Shown here: positions 32,627 to 41,085 of the stretch, one piece after another | How the letters are laid out: the number at the start of each line of letters is the position of its first letter | Position numbering within the stretch: position 1 is the stretch's first letter | NCBI GenBank assembly: GCA_001816835.1 | Contig: MHDB01000020.1 | Span: 23,523-64,607, forward strand | Source: Candidatus Woykebacteria bacterium RIFCSPLOWO2_01_FULL_43_14 | GTDB lineage: Bacteria > Patescibacteriota > Microgenomatia > Woykebacterales > 2-01-FULL-43-14 | Length of the DNA stretch: 41,085 bases | Direction: 5' to 3' | Program-made: the position numbers and the translations under genes | The notes under the pieces: model-generated | Told to the model about the DNA's origin: nothing | Database searches by the model: none | What the model saw: the letters and a program-made list of their open reading frames with translations, nothing else

Positions 32627-32911
32627 GTGAAAACAGACATTCACCCAACTTATTTTGAAGAGGCGAAAGTCACCTGCGCATGCGGGAACGTATTTACCGT
32701 AGGCGCCACTCTGGCATCTTTTCATGTCGACCTATGTAACAAGTGTCATCCCTTCTATACAGGTGAGCAACGGTTTGTGGATACTGAAGGCCGCGTTGAG
32801 AAATTCCGCCGACTTCAAGCCCAAAAAGTAACACCCAAGAAGAAAAAAGACGAAATTAAAGCTCCAGAACAGCCAAGAACTCTGAAGGAAATGCTAGAAA
32901 GCTTAGGCTAA
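32627..32911 (+). CDS. rpmE: 50S ribosomal protein L31
   Basis: [23 protein letters not shown]...[16 protein letters not shown]-17-TGgTACAAT, then 7 nt to the GTG. The track ORF starts at 32591. Confidence 0.9.
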   Translation: MKTDIHPTYFEEAKVTCACGNVFTVGATLASFHVDLCNKCHPFYTGEQRFVDTEGRVEKFRRLQAQKVTPKKKKDEIKAPEQPRTLKEMLESLG

Positions 32912-32916
32912 GCTCT

Positions 32917-33987
32917 ATGGTCGAAAAACTCGACTCCCTACTTTCCCGGTACGAGGAAATTAATAACATTCTCGCCAGCCAAGAGGTTACGAGTGATACT
33001 CAGAAACTCGCGGCTCTTTCCAAAGAACTTTCCGAAATTACTCCCACTGTGACAAAGTATAAAGAGTATCTAGAGTTAAATTCGCAACTCTCCGAACTTC
33101 AGCAACTAGTTACCGCCCCTGAAGTAGACTCTGAATTTAGGTCCCTTGCTGAAACCGAAATTGAAGACCTGACGAGTAAAAAATCACTGGTTGAAAAAGA
33201 ACTTATATCTTCCCTCTCTCCAACTAACAAATTTGCCAATAAAAACGTGATCATGGAAATAAGGGCAGCTGCGGGTGGGGATGAATCTGGTCTCTTCGCT
33301 TCTGAGCTGTATCGAATGTATCTTCGTTTTGCTCAAAACAAGGGTTGGTCTACCCAACAACTTTCTCTTAACGAAGGCGGGATCGGAAATATTAAGGAAG
33401 TGGTCTTCAGTATCAAAGGTCCTGGCGCTTATGGCTTTTTCAAGTACGAGTCAGGAGTACACAGAGTCCAACGTGTTCCATTGACCGAAAGTTCAGGCCG
33501 AATCCACACCTCTACGGCAACAGTCGCTGTCCTACCAGAACTAGAAGAACTCGATTTTAAGATCGACCCTAAGGATGTTAAAATGGACACTTACCGATCC
33601 GGCGGAGCCGGTGGCCAGAACGTTAACAAGGTGGAAACAGCGGTGCGGCTTACCCATGTCCCCTCTGGAACCGTTGTAGCTTGCCAATCCGAGCGATCTC
33701 AACTTCAAAACAGAGAAAGGGCTTTTGATATTTTAAGAGCCAAACTTTTTGAAGCCGAGCAGGAAAAACGAGCTCAAGAAGTAGGAGCAAATCGTAAAGA
33801 ACAAGTCGGTTTGGGCGATCGAAGTGAAAAAATCAGAACTTACAATTTCCCCCAGGACCGAGTAACTGATCATCGAATAAACAAGTCTTTTTACAACCTT
33901 TCCTCCATTATGGAAGGCAATATTGACGGAATTCTTAGCTCTTTATCTGAAACTGATCTTGCCCGGAAAACTTTGGGCGACATTTGA
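32917..33987 (+). CDS. prfA: Peptide chain release factor 1
   Basis: [29 protein letters not shown] (PxT-type decoding motif) and [20 protein letters not shown] (GGQ). Confidence 0.93.
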   Translation: MVEKLDSLLSRYEEINNILASQEVTSDTQKLAALSKELSEITPTVTKYKEYLELNSQLSELQQLVTAPEVDSEFRSLAETEIEDLTSKKSLVEKELISSLSPTNKFANKNVIMEIRAAAGGDESGLFASELYRMYLRFAQNKGWSTQQLSLNEGGIGNIKEVVFSIKGPGAYGFFKYESGVHRVQRVPLTESSGRIHTSTATVAVLPELEELDFKIDPKDVKMDTYRSGGAGGQNVNKVETAVRLTHVPSGTVVACQSERSQLQNRERAFDILRAKLFEAEQEKRAQEVGANRKEQVGLGDRSEKIRTYNFPQDRVTDHRINKSFYNLSSIMEGNIDGILSSLSETDLARKTLGDI

Positions 33988-34778
33988 AAATTAAAGAAAT
34001 TTTACAAAACTCTCCTCTGCCCCAAGCCGAAATACAAATACTACTTTCCCACGTCTTAGAAAAAGACCGCTCTTTTCTATTCGCCAACCCAGATCAAAAT
34101 CTGGCTCCTGAAATCATCAATCGGTTAAATAAACTCTTATCCAGACGAGCTAAAAATGAACCTATTCAATATATTCTTAAGTCAGCAAAATTTTATGGCT
34201 TAGATTTTTATGTTGACAAGAGAGTGCTTATCCCCCGACCCGAGACGGAAGAGTTAGTCTCAGAAGCAATAAAACATTTTCTCCAGAAACCCTCTCGGGA
34301 CCATGGCAAGGGCTTTAATCCTTTTCCAGATACTTACCGCATCATTGATGTCGGAACTGGTTCTGGCAATATCGCTATTTCTCTAGCTAAAAGCTTACCT
34401 AAGGAAGTGGAAATTGTCGCTATCGATATCTCCCCAAGCGCTCTTGAGGTGGCATCTTATAACGCCAGGGTTCATGGGGTAGGAGAAAGAATCAACCTTA
34501 TTCAAGGTAATCTCCTCCACCCACTACGAAAAAATGGGTCTAAAGCTAGTGCAAATCTGATTGTGTCTAATCTGCCTTATATCAGCGAGCATTTTTACTT
34601 AGCTCTAGAGGCCGACATCAAAGATCACGAACCTAAGCTCGCGCTTGTCGGTGGACCAACTGGCCTTGAGCTATACCACAGATTATTCCTTGAAGCAAAA
34701 GACGTTTTAAAGCCAGGTGGGAAAATTATTTACGAGCTTGACGGTCGCATTAAGTCACACACGCCTAGGTTTACTTAA
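33984..34778 (+). CDS. prmC: Release-factor glutamine N5-methyltransferase PrmC/HemK
   Basis: TTG start overlaps the prfA stop. SAM motif [13 protein letters not shown]. Catalytic SNLPYI (NPPY variant). Confidence 0.85.
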   Translation: MKIKEILQNSPLPQAEIQILLSHVLEKDRSFLFANPDQNLAPEIINRLNKLLSRRAKNEPIQYILKSAKFYGLDFYVDKRVLIPRPETEELVSEAIKHFLQKPSRDHGKGFNPFPDTYRIIDVGTGSGNIAISLAKSLPKEVEIVAIDISPSALEVASYNARVHGVGERINLIQGNLLHPLRKNGSKASANLIVSNLPYISEHFYLALEADIKDHEPKLALVGGPTGLELYHRLFLEAKDVLKPGGKIIYELDGRIKSHTPRFT

Positions 34779-34782
34779 ACGG

Positions 34783-35916
34783 TTACTTATTCTCCTCAGG
34801 AGTTTGCTCAAGAGTTGCTTTTACCTTGATGCTTTCAGTGTCACGCCAGATTTCTATATCAATAGTATCGCCAATTTTTTTCTTAGCGATAGCGCTGCTA
34901 AGAGGGTTATCCAGAGATATCGTCTTACCATCAACTTTGGTAATAATATCTCGGACTCTTATCCCCGATTTTTCGGCTGGAGATCCTGGAACAACGGCTC
35001 TAATTAGGGCGCCCGAAGGAATTTTGGTATTCCCCTGAATCAGCTGATGGCTAACTCCCAAATAAGGTCTTAGTATCCTACCGTATTCCTGGTAGCCTTG
35101 ATAAATAGTCTTAGCGGTATTTATGGGAATCGCAAAACCAATATTTTGTGCTCCAACGGTAGTCGCTACATTAATCCCAATCACTTCTCCTTCAATATTA
35201 AGCAGTGGTCCCCCCGAGTTCCCTGGGTTAAGCGCTGCGTCTGTCTGGATCACATCCTCGAGTGTCTCGCTTTGACCAAAAAGACCATTACCAGCGGTCA
35301 CTGTGCGACCTATTTGACTAATCACACCTTTAGTTACCGAGTTGTCAAATTTGCCTAAGGCATTGCCAATAGCTATCACTGTCTGACCAACTTTGAGCTT
35401 GGTAGAATCTCCAAGTTTTGCAACTGGTAGATCAGTGGCGTCAATCCGAAGAATTGCCACGTCATTCACTGGATCACGATCCACTCTGGTCACAGGGTAG
35501 GACTTCTTATCCCGTGTCACAACTGTATATTCAGTGGACTCATTACTAACCACATGGGCATTGGTCATTACCACCCCATTCTTATCGATAATAAATCCCG
35601 TCCCAATCCCTTGATCTTCCTCAACAATACCTGTCTCAGGATCAAACCCAACCTCTTTAGTTACCACGGAAACCACAGCTGGAGAAACATCCTCGACTAC
35701 CTTGGTAACCGAATTTTCCTCGTCCACTACTACAATTTTGGCATTGTCAGACATATCGCTAGGTTTGGTCACCTGGTTAAAAGGGATTTTTAATCCTATT
35801 TGAGAGGCCCACCCGGGAAAACTGGTTGCCAGAAAACTACCACCAACAGTACCGATAAAAAGGGTAAATCCAGCAATAAGCACCAAATTTTGAAGAGAAA
35901 ATTTTTTATCTTGCAT
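34783..35916 (-). CDS. HtrA/DegP-family serine protease with a PDZ domain
   Basis: TNAHVV, D...AIL and GNSGGPLLN form the catalytic triad context. C-terminal PDZ (GALIRAVVPGSPAEKSGIRVRDIITKVDG). The ATG at 35916 follows a GAGGAG SD. Confidence 0.9.
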   Translation of the reverse strand: MQDKKFSLQNLVLIAGFTLFIGTVGGSFLATSFPGWASQIGLKIPFNQVTKPSDMSDNAKIVVVDEENSVTKVVEDVSPAVVSVVTKEVGFDPETGIVEEDQGIGTGFIIDKNGVVMTNAHVVSNESTEYTVVTRDKKSYPVTRVDRDPVNDVAILRIDATDLPVAKLGDSTKLKVGQTVIAIGNALGKFDNSVTKGVISQIGRTVTAGNGLFGQSETLEDVIQTDAALNPGNSGGPLLNIEGEVIGINVATTVGAQNIGFAIPINTAKTIYQGYQEYGRILRPYLGVSHQLIQGNTKIPSGALIRAVVPGSPAEKSGIRVRDIITKVDGKTISLDNPLSSAIAKKKIGDTIDIEIWRDTESIKVKATLEQTPEENK

Positions 35917-35956
35917 TGTCACTCCTCGTCATTACTTCCCACTCTTTTTTATTATA

Positions 35957-37156
35957 CTAAAATACTTCAAGTGCCTTTATTATATAAAGATCCTTGGTTA
36001 GATCAGATATAATACCCTCTCCTTCTTTGGGAGCGGGCAAAGTGATTTCGATATCAGGGGTAAGACCCTTGTTGTCATTTATCCATGTTCCATTGGGAGT
36101 CAGCCAACGTGAGCTTGTAATATGCACCCCACCTTTGTTATCAAATTCTTCGACTTCCTGAACTGTACCCTTACCAAAAGTCTTTTCCCCAATTACCTTG
36201 GCTCGGTTGTTGTCCTTCATCGAGCCGGCAAATATCTCCGAGGCCGAGGCAGAGCCTTTGTTTACTAAAACTATTAGGGGCGTCTTGGTAAGCCTACCGC
36301 CAGGTAAAACCGGATAGTCTTGCTTCCGGCCATCGTACCACTCTTGCTTGGCAGCCAAACCACTTCCCACAAACTCCGAAACTATTCTAATGGCTGTATC
36401 AAACCTCCCACCAGGGTTGTTTCGAAGATCCAGAATAACTTTATTGTAACCAGCATTTTTTATTTCATCAACAATCTTAGCCCACTCTGAACGGGTATTA
36501 TCACCGAATTGGGTGATTTTGACGTAAGCGGTATTTTCTGGAAGACTCTTTAGTGACACTGTTTTGACAATAATTTCTTCTCTCACAAGATTAATTTCGT
36601 AAGGTTCTTCGCTACCATCAGACAATAAGGTTAGCTTGATAGAGGTACCCGCATTGCCTCTGATCAAAGTAACTGCTTCCGGCAAGGTGATCTCAGCGGC
36701 GTTTTTATCTCCAATTTTAAGTATCTGGTCGTTAGGCTTTACACCGGCTCTTTGTGCAGGAGTCTCATCCAAAGGAGCAATAACTACCATTCTTTGATCT
36801 TGGTAACCAAGCTGAATACCTACCCCGGAATACTTACCAGAAATATTTTCATTAAAGTTCTCGTTCTGCTCAGGCGTAAGATATACTGTGTATGGGTCCC
36901 CAATAGCACTGACCATTCCGGCTATTGCCCCATCAATCATTTTCTTAGGATCGATTTTGGCCTTGTCAAAATACTTCTCGTTCATAAGATCCCAGACTTT
37001 CCAAAACAAGGAAAGATCTGGTCTAGAAGTTTGGGTATTAAGGACCTCTCCAACGACTGGAACAGATTTGGATAGAGGTAAGGAAACATTTTGGCCGACA
37101 AATATTCCTAGGGAAAAAATGACAACTAATAAGACAGTTTTTTGAATATTAGACAT
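35957..37156 (-). CDS. S41 C-terminal processing peptidase (Ctp)
   Basis: PDZ (PAQRAGVKPNDQILKIGD), LDLRNNPGG and NKGSASASEIFAG... K motifs. Confidence 0.9.
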   Translation of the reverse strand: MSNIQKTVLLVVIFSLGIFVGQNVSLPLSKSVPVVGEVLNTQTSRPDLSLFWKVWDLMNEKYFDKAKIDPKKMIDGAIAGMVSAIGDPYTVYLTPEQNENFNENISGKYSGVGIQLGYQDQRMVVIAPLDETPAQRAGVKPNDQILKIGDKNAAEITLPEAVTLIRGNAGTSIKLTLLSDGSEEPYEINLVREEIIVKTVSLKSLPENTAYVKITQFGDNTRSEWAKIVDEIKNAGYNKVILDLRNNPGGRFDTAIRIVSEFVGSGLAAKQEWYDGRKQDYPVLPGGRLTKTPLIVLVNKGSASASEIFAGSMKDNNRAKVIGEKTFGKGTVQEVEEFDNKGGVHITSSRWLTPNGTWINDNKGLTPDIEITLPAPKEGEGIISDLTKDLYIIKALEVF

Positions 37157-37195
37157 ATTTATAAACGCTGTTACCAGTGAAAAGCAAAAACTGGT

Positions 37196-37402
37196 TTATA
37201 CCTTTGGGGCAAACTGCATTAGAGCCAGTTGTCTCGCTCTTTTAATAGCCACCGCAAGACGTCTTTGATGAATAGCGCAAACGCCACTCCTCAGTCTCGG
37301 GACTATTTTCCCGCGTTCGGTGACAAATTTACGCATCAAAGCGACTTCTTTATAATCAGGTACTGTTTTTTCAGCACAATAATAGCATGGTCGTCTTCTC
37401 AT
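37196..37402 (-). CDS. rpsR: 30S ribosomal protein S18
   Basis: CYYC...[42 protein letters not shown]. Confidence 0.93.
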   Translation of the reverse strand: MRRRPCYYCAEKTVPDYKEVALMRKFVTERGKIVPRLRSGVCAIHQRRLAVAIKRARQLALMQFAPKV

Positions 37403-37411
37403 ATAATTATT

Positions 37412-37960
37412 CTAGAAAGGGATATCATCGATATCAATCTTATCCTCTGGTTCATCTTTTTTCGGTTCTTTGGGAGTCTCTGCTGGGCTTGCTTCACTAA
37501 CTGCTGAAGCTGCACCTGTAACTTCGGCTGCAGCGGGTTCTTTATTGCCCACTGCTTCTGTTGTAGTTGGGGACACCGCAGCGGGTGCAACTGGTGCGCT
37601 CTCTGAGGCACCCTCAGTACGCCTAGGGTCGAGAATCATCATATCCTCAGCCACGATTTCGGTAGCTTGTCTTTTATCACCTTCAGGAGTTTCCCAGCTT
37701 CTGGTTTGAAGTCTTCCTTCGATATAAATTTTTCGTCCCTTAGTCAACAACTGTGAACATAGTTCAGCCAGTTTATTCCAAGCGACAATCCGATGGAACT
37801 CAGCTTCCTCTTTTCTTTCTGTAGAATCCGACGGAAGCCAGCTTCGGTTGGTCGCTAAACCAAAAGAACACACTGCACTGCCCTGAGGAGTATACCTAAG
37901 TTCTGGATCCCGAGTCAAATTACCAATTAACATTACCTTATTCAAAGACCGCGTCGACAT
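37412..37960 (-). CDS. ssb: Single-stranded DNA-binding protein
   Basis: LNKVMLIGNLTRDPELRYT OB-fold start and an acidic C-terminal tip ...DIDDIPF. Confidence 0.93.
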   Translation of the reverse strand: MSTRSLNKVMLIGNLTRDPELRYTPQGSAVCSFGLATNRSWLPSDSTERKEEAEFHRIVAWNKLAELCSQLLTKGRKIYIEGRLQTRSWETPEGDKRQATEIVAEDMMILDPRRTEGASESAPVAPAAVSPTTTEAVGNKEPAAAEVTGAASAVSEASPAETPKEPKKDEPEDKIDIDDIPF

Positions 37961-37968
37961 ATACCCTC

Positions 37969-38256
37969 CTAGGCTGCAGATCTCACAATCAAGTATCTAA
38001 GTAGTTTCTTTTCAACCCTTAACTTAGTAGTCAATTTTTTGACAAAATCTGCTTCGCTAGATTTAAGTTTCAGGTGCAAATACTGGCCAGCCACGTTTTT
38101 CTTGATAGCGTAAGCCAATTGCTTACGGCCCCAGTCAACATTGTTTTCAACAGTGCCGCTAGTACCAATGTAACCTTTTAAATCTTCATTTAGTTCTTCC
38201 CTGGCTTTATCATCAAGCTTAGGGTCGACCAATACAGTCAGTTCGTAGTTATTCAT
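37969..38256 (-). CDS. rpsF: 30S ribosomal protein S6
   Basis: MNNYELTVLVDPKLDD...WGRKQLAYAIKK. Sits in the rpsF-ssb-rpsR arrangement. Confidence 0.92.
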   Translation of the reverse strand: MNNYELTVLVDPKLDDKAREELNEDLKGYIGTSGTVENNVDWGRKQLAYAIKKNVAGQYLHLKLKSSEADFVKKLTTKLRVEKKLLRYLIVRSAA

Positions 38257-38261
38257 AAGTT

Positions 38262-38373
38262 GCTCATTAATCTAATGAACGGATTATATTCGTAAAGAAT
38301 AACGAGTACAACGAGTATATTCGCTATTAGCTTGCGAATACAGGCCGTTCTTCAATCTAATGAACGGATTATA
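38262..38373 (-). repeat. Duplicated promoter-like cassette upstream of rpsF (family shared with 39593-39655)
   Basis: The 20-mer AATCTAATGAACGGATTATA is perfect at 38269-38288 and 38354-38373. TATTCGCTATTAGCTTGCGAATA hairpin at 38318-38340. Read on the minus strand, each copy presents TATAATCCG. Confidence 0.6.
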
Positions 38374-38439
38374 CAAGATTCGGCTTAATCAAGCAAGACT
38401 CACGAAAAACAACCATTTAATTTGACTCATCAGTAAAAA

Positions 38440-39588
38440 CTAGGTGTTTACTCGGAACTCAACTACGTCCCCATCTTTCATGATGTAGTCCTTACCTTCG
38501 AGACGAAGTTTTCCCGACTCCTTTGCTTTGGCATAGCTCGCCGCAGAAATAAGATCTGTAAAAGTCACCACTTCCGCTCGGATAAACCCTTTTTCAAAAT
38601 CCGTGTGAATGACTCCTGCTGCTTGCGGAGCCTTAGTCCCTTGGGGAATAGTCCAGGCGCGGACTTCTTTGGGTCCCGCGGTGAGAAATGAGAGCAGACC
38701 GAGAACCGCGTATGCTTTTTGAATCAGCCGCTCAAGTCCGGTTTTTTCTATTCCCATCTCTTGCAAATATTGCTTTCGCTCTTCATCTGTTAGATCAGCC
38801 AACTCTTCTTCAAGCTTGGCACTGATTACGATTGAATTTCGAATTTCGAATTTCGATTTTTGGGAATTATCTTTTCCCACATTCAATATTCCAGATTCTA
38901 TATTCAACCTCTCGGCATAATCACCCTCAGAAACATTATAAACATACAAAACCGGCTTCAGTGAAAGTAAAGGCAGCTTGGCATACCAAGTTGCTAACCT
39001 TTCATCTGAGAATTTCGTAATATTTGAGCTTACACCTTTCAGGTGCGAGTTAAGATTTTCTTTAAGTTGAATCAAGACTTGAAGCTTTTGTTTTTCAACC
39101 AGGTCTTTAGCAAATTTAGCATCCTTCTCTTGGGCAGAGATCAATTTTTCCAGGGTTTGTAGATCTGAGAGCGCCAGTTCGGTTTCGACAATCCCTTTGT
39201 CAGAACTTGGGTCAATACTCCCTGCCCGGACTACGTCAGAGTCGCTAAAATCCCGCAAAACATGGATAATCGCATCGACTTCGCGGATGTGGGACAAAAA
39301 CTGGTTCCCGAGTCCTTCGCCTTGGCTTGCCCCTTTGACTAGTCCTGCAATATCCACAAATTCCACTACCGCCGGAACTAAAGGTGGTAACAAAGCCATT
39401 TTCTCTTCCTGTTTCACTAACTCCGCAAGTTTTCCGAGGCGTTCATCTGGCACTTCCACTACACCGGTATTAGGCTCAATTGTCGCAAATGGATAATTCG
39501 CGCTCAGAGCGACGCGTTTTTTTAGCAGAGCGTTAAATAAAGTCGACTTCCCGACATTGGGAAGTCCCACAATTCCTACTTGTAACAT
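38440..39588 (-). CDS. ychF: Redox-regulated ribosome-binding ATPase YchF
   Basis: VGIVGLPNVGKSTLFNAL, DIAGLVKGAS and a C-terminal TGS-like domain (AGVIHTDFEKGFIRAEV...GKDYIMKDGDVVEF). Confidence 0.93.
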   Translation of the reverse strand: MLQVGIVGLPNVGKSTLFNALLKKRVALSANYPFATIEPNTGVVEVPDERLGKLAELVKQEEKMALLPPLVPAVVEFVDIAGLVKGASQGEGLGNQFLSHIREVDAIIHVLRDFSDSDVVRAGSIDPSSDKGIVETELALSDLQTLEKLISAQEKDAKFAKDLVEKQKLQVLIQLKENLNSHLKGVSSNITKFSDERLATWYAKLPLLSLKPVLYVYNVSEGDYAERLNIESGILNVGKDNSQKSKFEIRNSIVISAKLEEELADLTDEERKQYLQEMGIEKTGLERLIQKAYAVLGLLSFLTAGPKEVRAWTIPQGTKAPQAAGVIHTDFEKGFIRAEVVTFTDLISAASYAKAKESGKLRLEGKDYIMKDGDVVEFRVNT

Positions 39589-39592
39589 AGTT

Positions 39593-39655
39593 CGGATTAT
39601 ATTCGCTATTATCCTGCGAATACAAGACGCTCATTAATCCGTCAAGCGGATTATA
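39593..39655 (-). repeat. Promoter cassette upstream of ychF, homologous to 38280-38373
   Basis: CGGATTATATTCGCTATTATCCTGCGAATACAAGACGCTCATTAATCCGTCAAGCGGATTATA. On the minus strand it reads TTGTAT-18-TATAAT (39601-39596), then 7 nt to the ATG. Confidence 0.6.
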
Positions 39656-39676
39656 TCACTTTGCGAACAGTTAGCC

Positions 39677-39705
39677 TTGAATTTTACTTCTACTTATGGT
39701 AAAAT
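39677..39705 (+). promoter_or_regulatory. Strong plus-strand promoter facing the 3' end of the NYN gene
   Basis: TTGAAT (39677-39682), 17-nt spacer, TGgTAAAAT (extended -10, hexamer at 39700-39705). Confidence 0.6.
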
Positions 39706-39711
39706 ACTCAT

Positions 39712-39776
39712 ATCACGATGACCAAGCTAAGCAGCCTAAGGTTTCGACCGATCGCTGATCTTGGTCTTATTTTTTT
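39712..39776 (+). ncRNA. Candidate small RNA of about 65 nt (cis-antisense to the NYN gene 3' end)
   Basis: Predicted TSS near 39712. Extended hairpin GACCAAG-cta-AGCAGC-ctaa-GGT-UUCG-ACC-gauc-GCUGAU-CUUGGUC (39720-39766), followed by UUAUUUUUUU (39767-39776). Confidence 0.45.
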
Positions 39777-40245
39777 CTAAAGAATTTCTTAACAAATCAA
39801 CTCTGACAATATAACTATTGTATTTATGCAACAAGCCTGAGTAATGCTTATTAGGAGCAAGTACACGAAGTAACTTGTTCTTTTCCTCTAGGAGCTCAAC
39901 TAGACAATAAAAATCTCCGTCTCCAGAGACAATTACTACTTTTTGGTAATTTTTGTATTGGATCATGGCATGAAGCACTAATTCAGCATCAACATTCCCT
40001 TTGATGATAGTTTTAGTCTTTTCGCGATGATACAGCGTTGGTTTGAAGATAAGAATATAACCACTCTCTTGCAAAAAAGCGTATAAAGATTCGTTCCCTG
40101 CCACTTGACCAATAAACAGATATGCTTTGACCACGCCGTATTTGTTTCGCAGATATTGCCTAAATTTACGCCAGTCAAGTTTCCAACCTAACGACTGTAT
40201 CCCTAAGTTTAAATTTTGGCTGTCAATAAAAGCATATGTCTTCAC
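39736..40245 (-). CDS. NYN-domain (LabA-like, PIN-like fold) putative ribonuclease
   Basis: AFIDSQNL...KGNVDAELVLHAM...VVIVSGDGDFYCLVELL is the NYN/LabA acidic-residue pattern. GTG start. Confidence 0.75.
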   Translation of the reverse strand: MKTYAFIDSQNLNLGIQSLGWKLDWRKFRQYLRNKYGVVKAYLFIGQVAGNESLYAFLQESGYILIFKPTLYHREKTKTIIKGNVDAELVLHAMIQYKNYQKVVIVSGDGDFYCLVELLEEKNKLLRVLAPNKHYSGLLHKYNSYIVRVDLLRNSLEKNKTKISDRSKP

Positions 40246-40319
40246 TAGACAAATTATTGCATATAAAAATGGTTTGAATTATATACCTTGCTGGAGTGGA
40301 ATTCGACTACGGTAGCTTT

Positions 40320-40970
40320 TTAAAACTCTCGTAACTTATCTCTGCCTTTGTAAAAGCCGCTGCAGATCTCTGGGAACTGACCATTATACGTACTACCGAC
40401 TTTATCCCAGATAGCATTAATTCTCGAGTGCGAGTCCTCATCAAAATAAGTCAGAGGACAAAGGCGGTCTGTCACAAAACTATCATAATCAAATTCCCAA
40501 TGGGTGCTGTACTGTAACCTATCTTGCTGTCTATACTCTCCACCCCTTCCAATAACTTCTCCTTTTTTAATCATCACTCCTACTTTTATATTATCTGCAG
40601 GTTTAATCTCGTCATACCGAATGGCATAAATCCCATTTACTACCTCCACATCATATATTTTTTCTGTTTCCCCAAAGCCCCCTGGAGGATGTTCTTCTAT
40701 TTTAGTGACTTTTCCGGAAGCAACAGCAATAAGCGGGGCAGGATGATTCCAGGCAAAATCCAACCCTGGGTGTCCCCTTGGTGGTTTATGGTGATCTGTT
40801 TCTCCCATAGGATTAATAAACAAAAGATCATCATTTTCCTGGGCAAAGGGCAAAGAAATAGTAATTCTTTCATGAGGTACAAATGGGAGGAATCTAATAA
40901 AAAACTTCCAGGCAAAAAATAACACCAAAGCTAGTAGTATTAGCCCAACAATTTTAACAAGCCGCTTCAT
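40320..40970 (-). CDS. Membrane-anchored M23/LytM-like peptidase domain protein
   Basis: N-terminal TM. GHPGLDF (HxxxD). A beta-rich core follows, with THWEF in place of the usual HxH, so it may be a degenerate or variant active site. Confidence 0.55.
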   Translation of the reverse strand: MKRLVKIVGLILLALVLFFAWKFFIRFLPFVPHERITISLPFAQENDDLLFINPMGETDHHKPPRGHPGLDFAWNHPAPLIAVASGKVTKIEEHPPGGFGETEKIYDVEVVNGIYAIRYDEIKPADNIKVGVMIKKGEVIGRGGEYRQQDRLQYSTHWEFDYDSFVTDRLCPLTYFDEDSHSRINAIWDKVGSTYNGQFPEICSGFYKGRDKLREF

Positions 40971-41010
40971 TGTGTTTACTGTACCACTTTAAGGCGCTAT
41001 ACTAAACACA

Positions 41011-41085
41011 ATGCCTAAGATAATCATTGTCATTATTTTAATAGCTGTCGGTATCTTTATTTTTGGCATAGTCTTAAAAGGTGGC
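41011..41085 (+). CDS. Start of a membrane protein (runs off the right edge)
   Basis: ATG 7 nt after a TATACT box. MPKIIIVIILIAVGIFIFGIVLKGG... is a hydrophobic helix. Confidence 0.4.
   Translation, partial: MPKIIIVIILIAVGIFIFGIVLKGG

Overview
The window is a gene-dense, mostly minus-strand stretch of a small-genome bacterium. Gene content and style resemble Patescibacteria/CPR, but that is inference only. The standard genetic code fits throughout.

Most genes are housekeeping and sit in classic arrangements:
- ruvC-yebC
- lgt-dksA-like-lspA-receiver-rluD
- rpmE-prfA-prmC
- rpsF-ssb-rpsR
- Single genes: tgt, efp, dnaB, hisS, ychF, pepA, pepP, HtrA and Ctp proteases, and one tRNA-Leu(CAA)

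I saw no CRISPR array, transposase, rRNA or recognisable named defence system. A truncated XerC/D-like tyrosine recombinase at the left edge is missing from the ORF track.

The unusual content is mainly non-coding or accessory:
1. A roughly 0.4 kb promoter-to-terminator, hairpin-packed RNA candidate at 22.6-23.0 kb.
2. An 856-bp ORF-free region at 521-1376, next to the recombinase. It has a consensus DnaA box, stacked palindromes and an AT-rich core.
3. A G+C-rich multi-hairpin repeat family at 9.5 kb and 26.6 kb. Each copy follows a visibly higher-GC gene block and the same terminator tail.
4. A higher-GC, translationally coupled purE-like/purC pair.
5. An orphan membrane-anchored VirD4/TraD-like P-loop ATPase with a coupled partner gene.
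6. A strong plus-strand promoter plus UUCG-capped terminator hairpin, giving a roughly 65-nt RNA antisense to the 3' end of an NYN-nuclease gene.
7. Duplicated promoter cassettes flanking ychF.
8. A window-wide pattern of -10 boxes 6-10 nt upstream of start codons, implying widespread leaderless mRNAs.

All functional calls come from reading motifs by eye. No database search was run.
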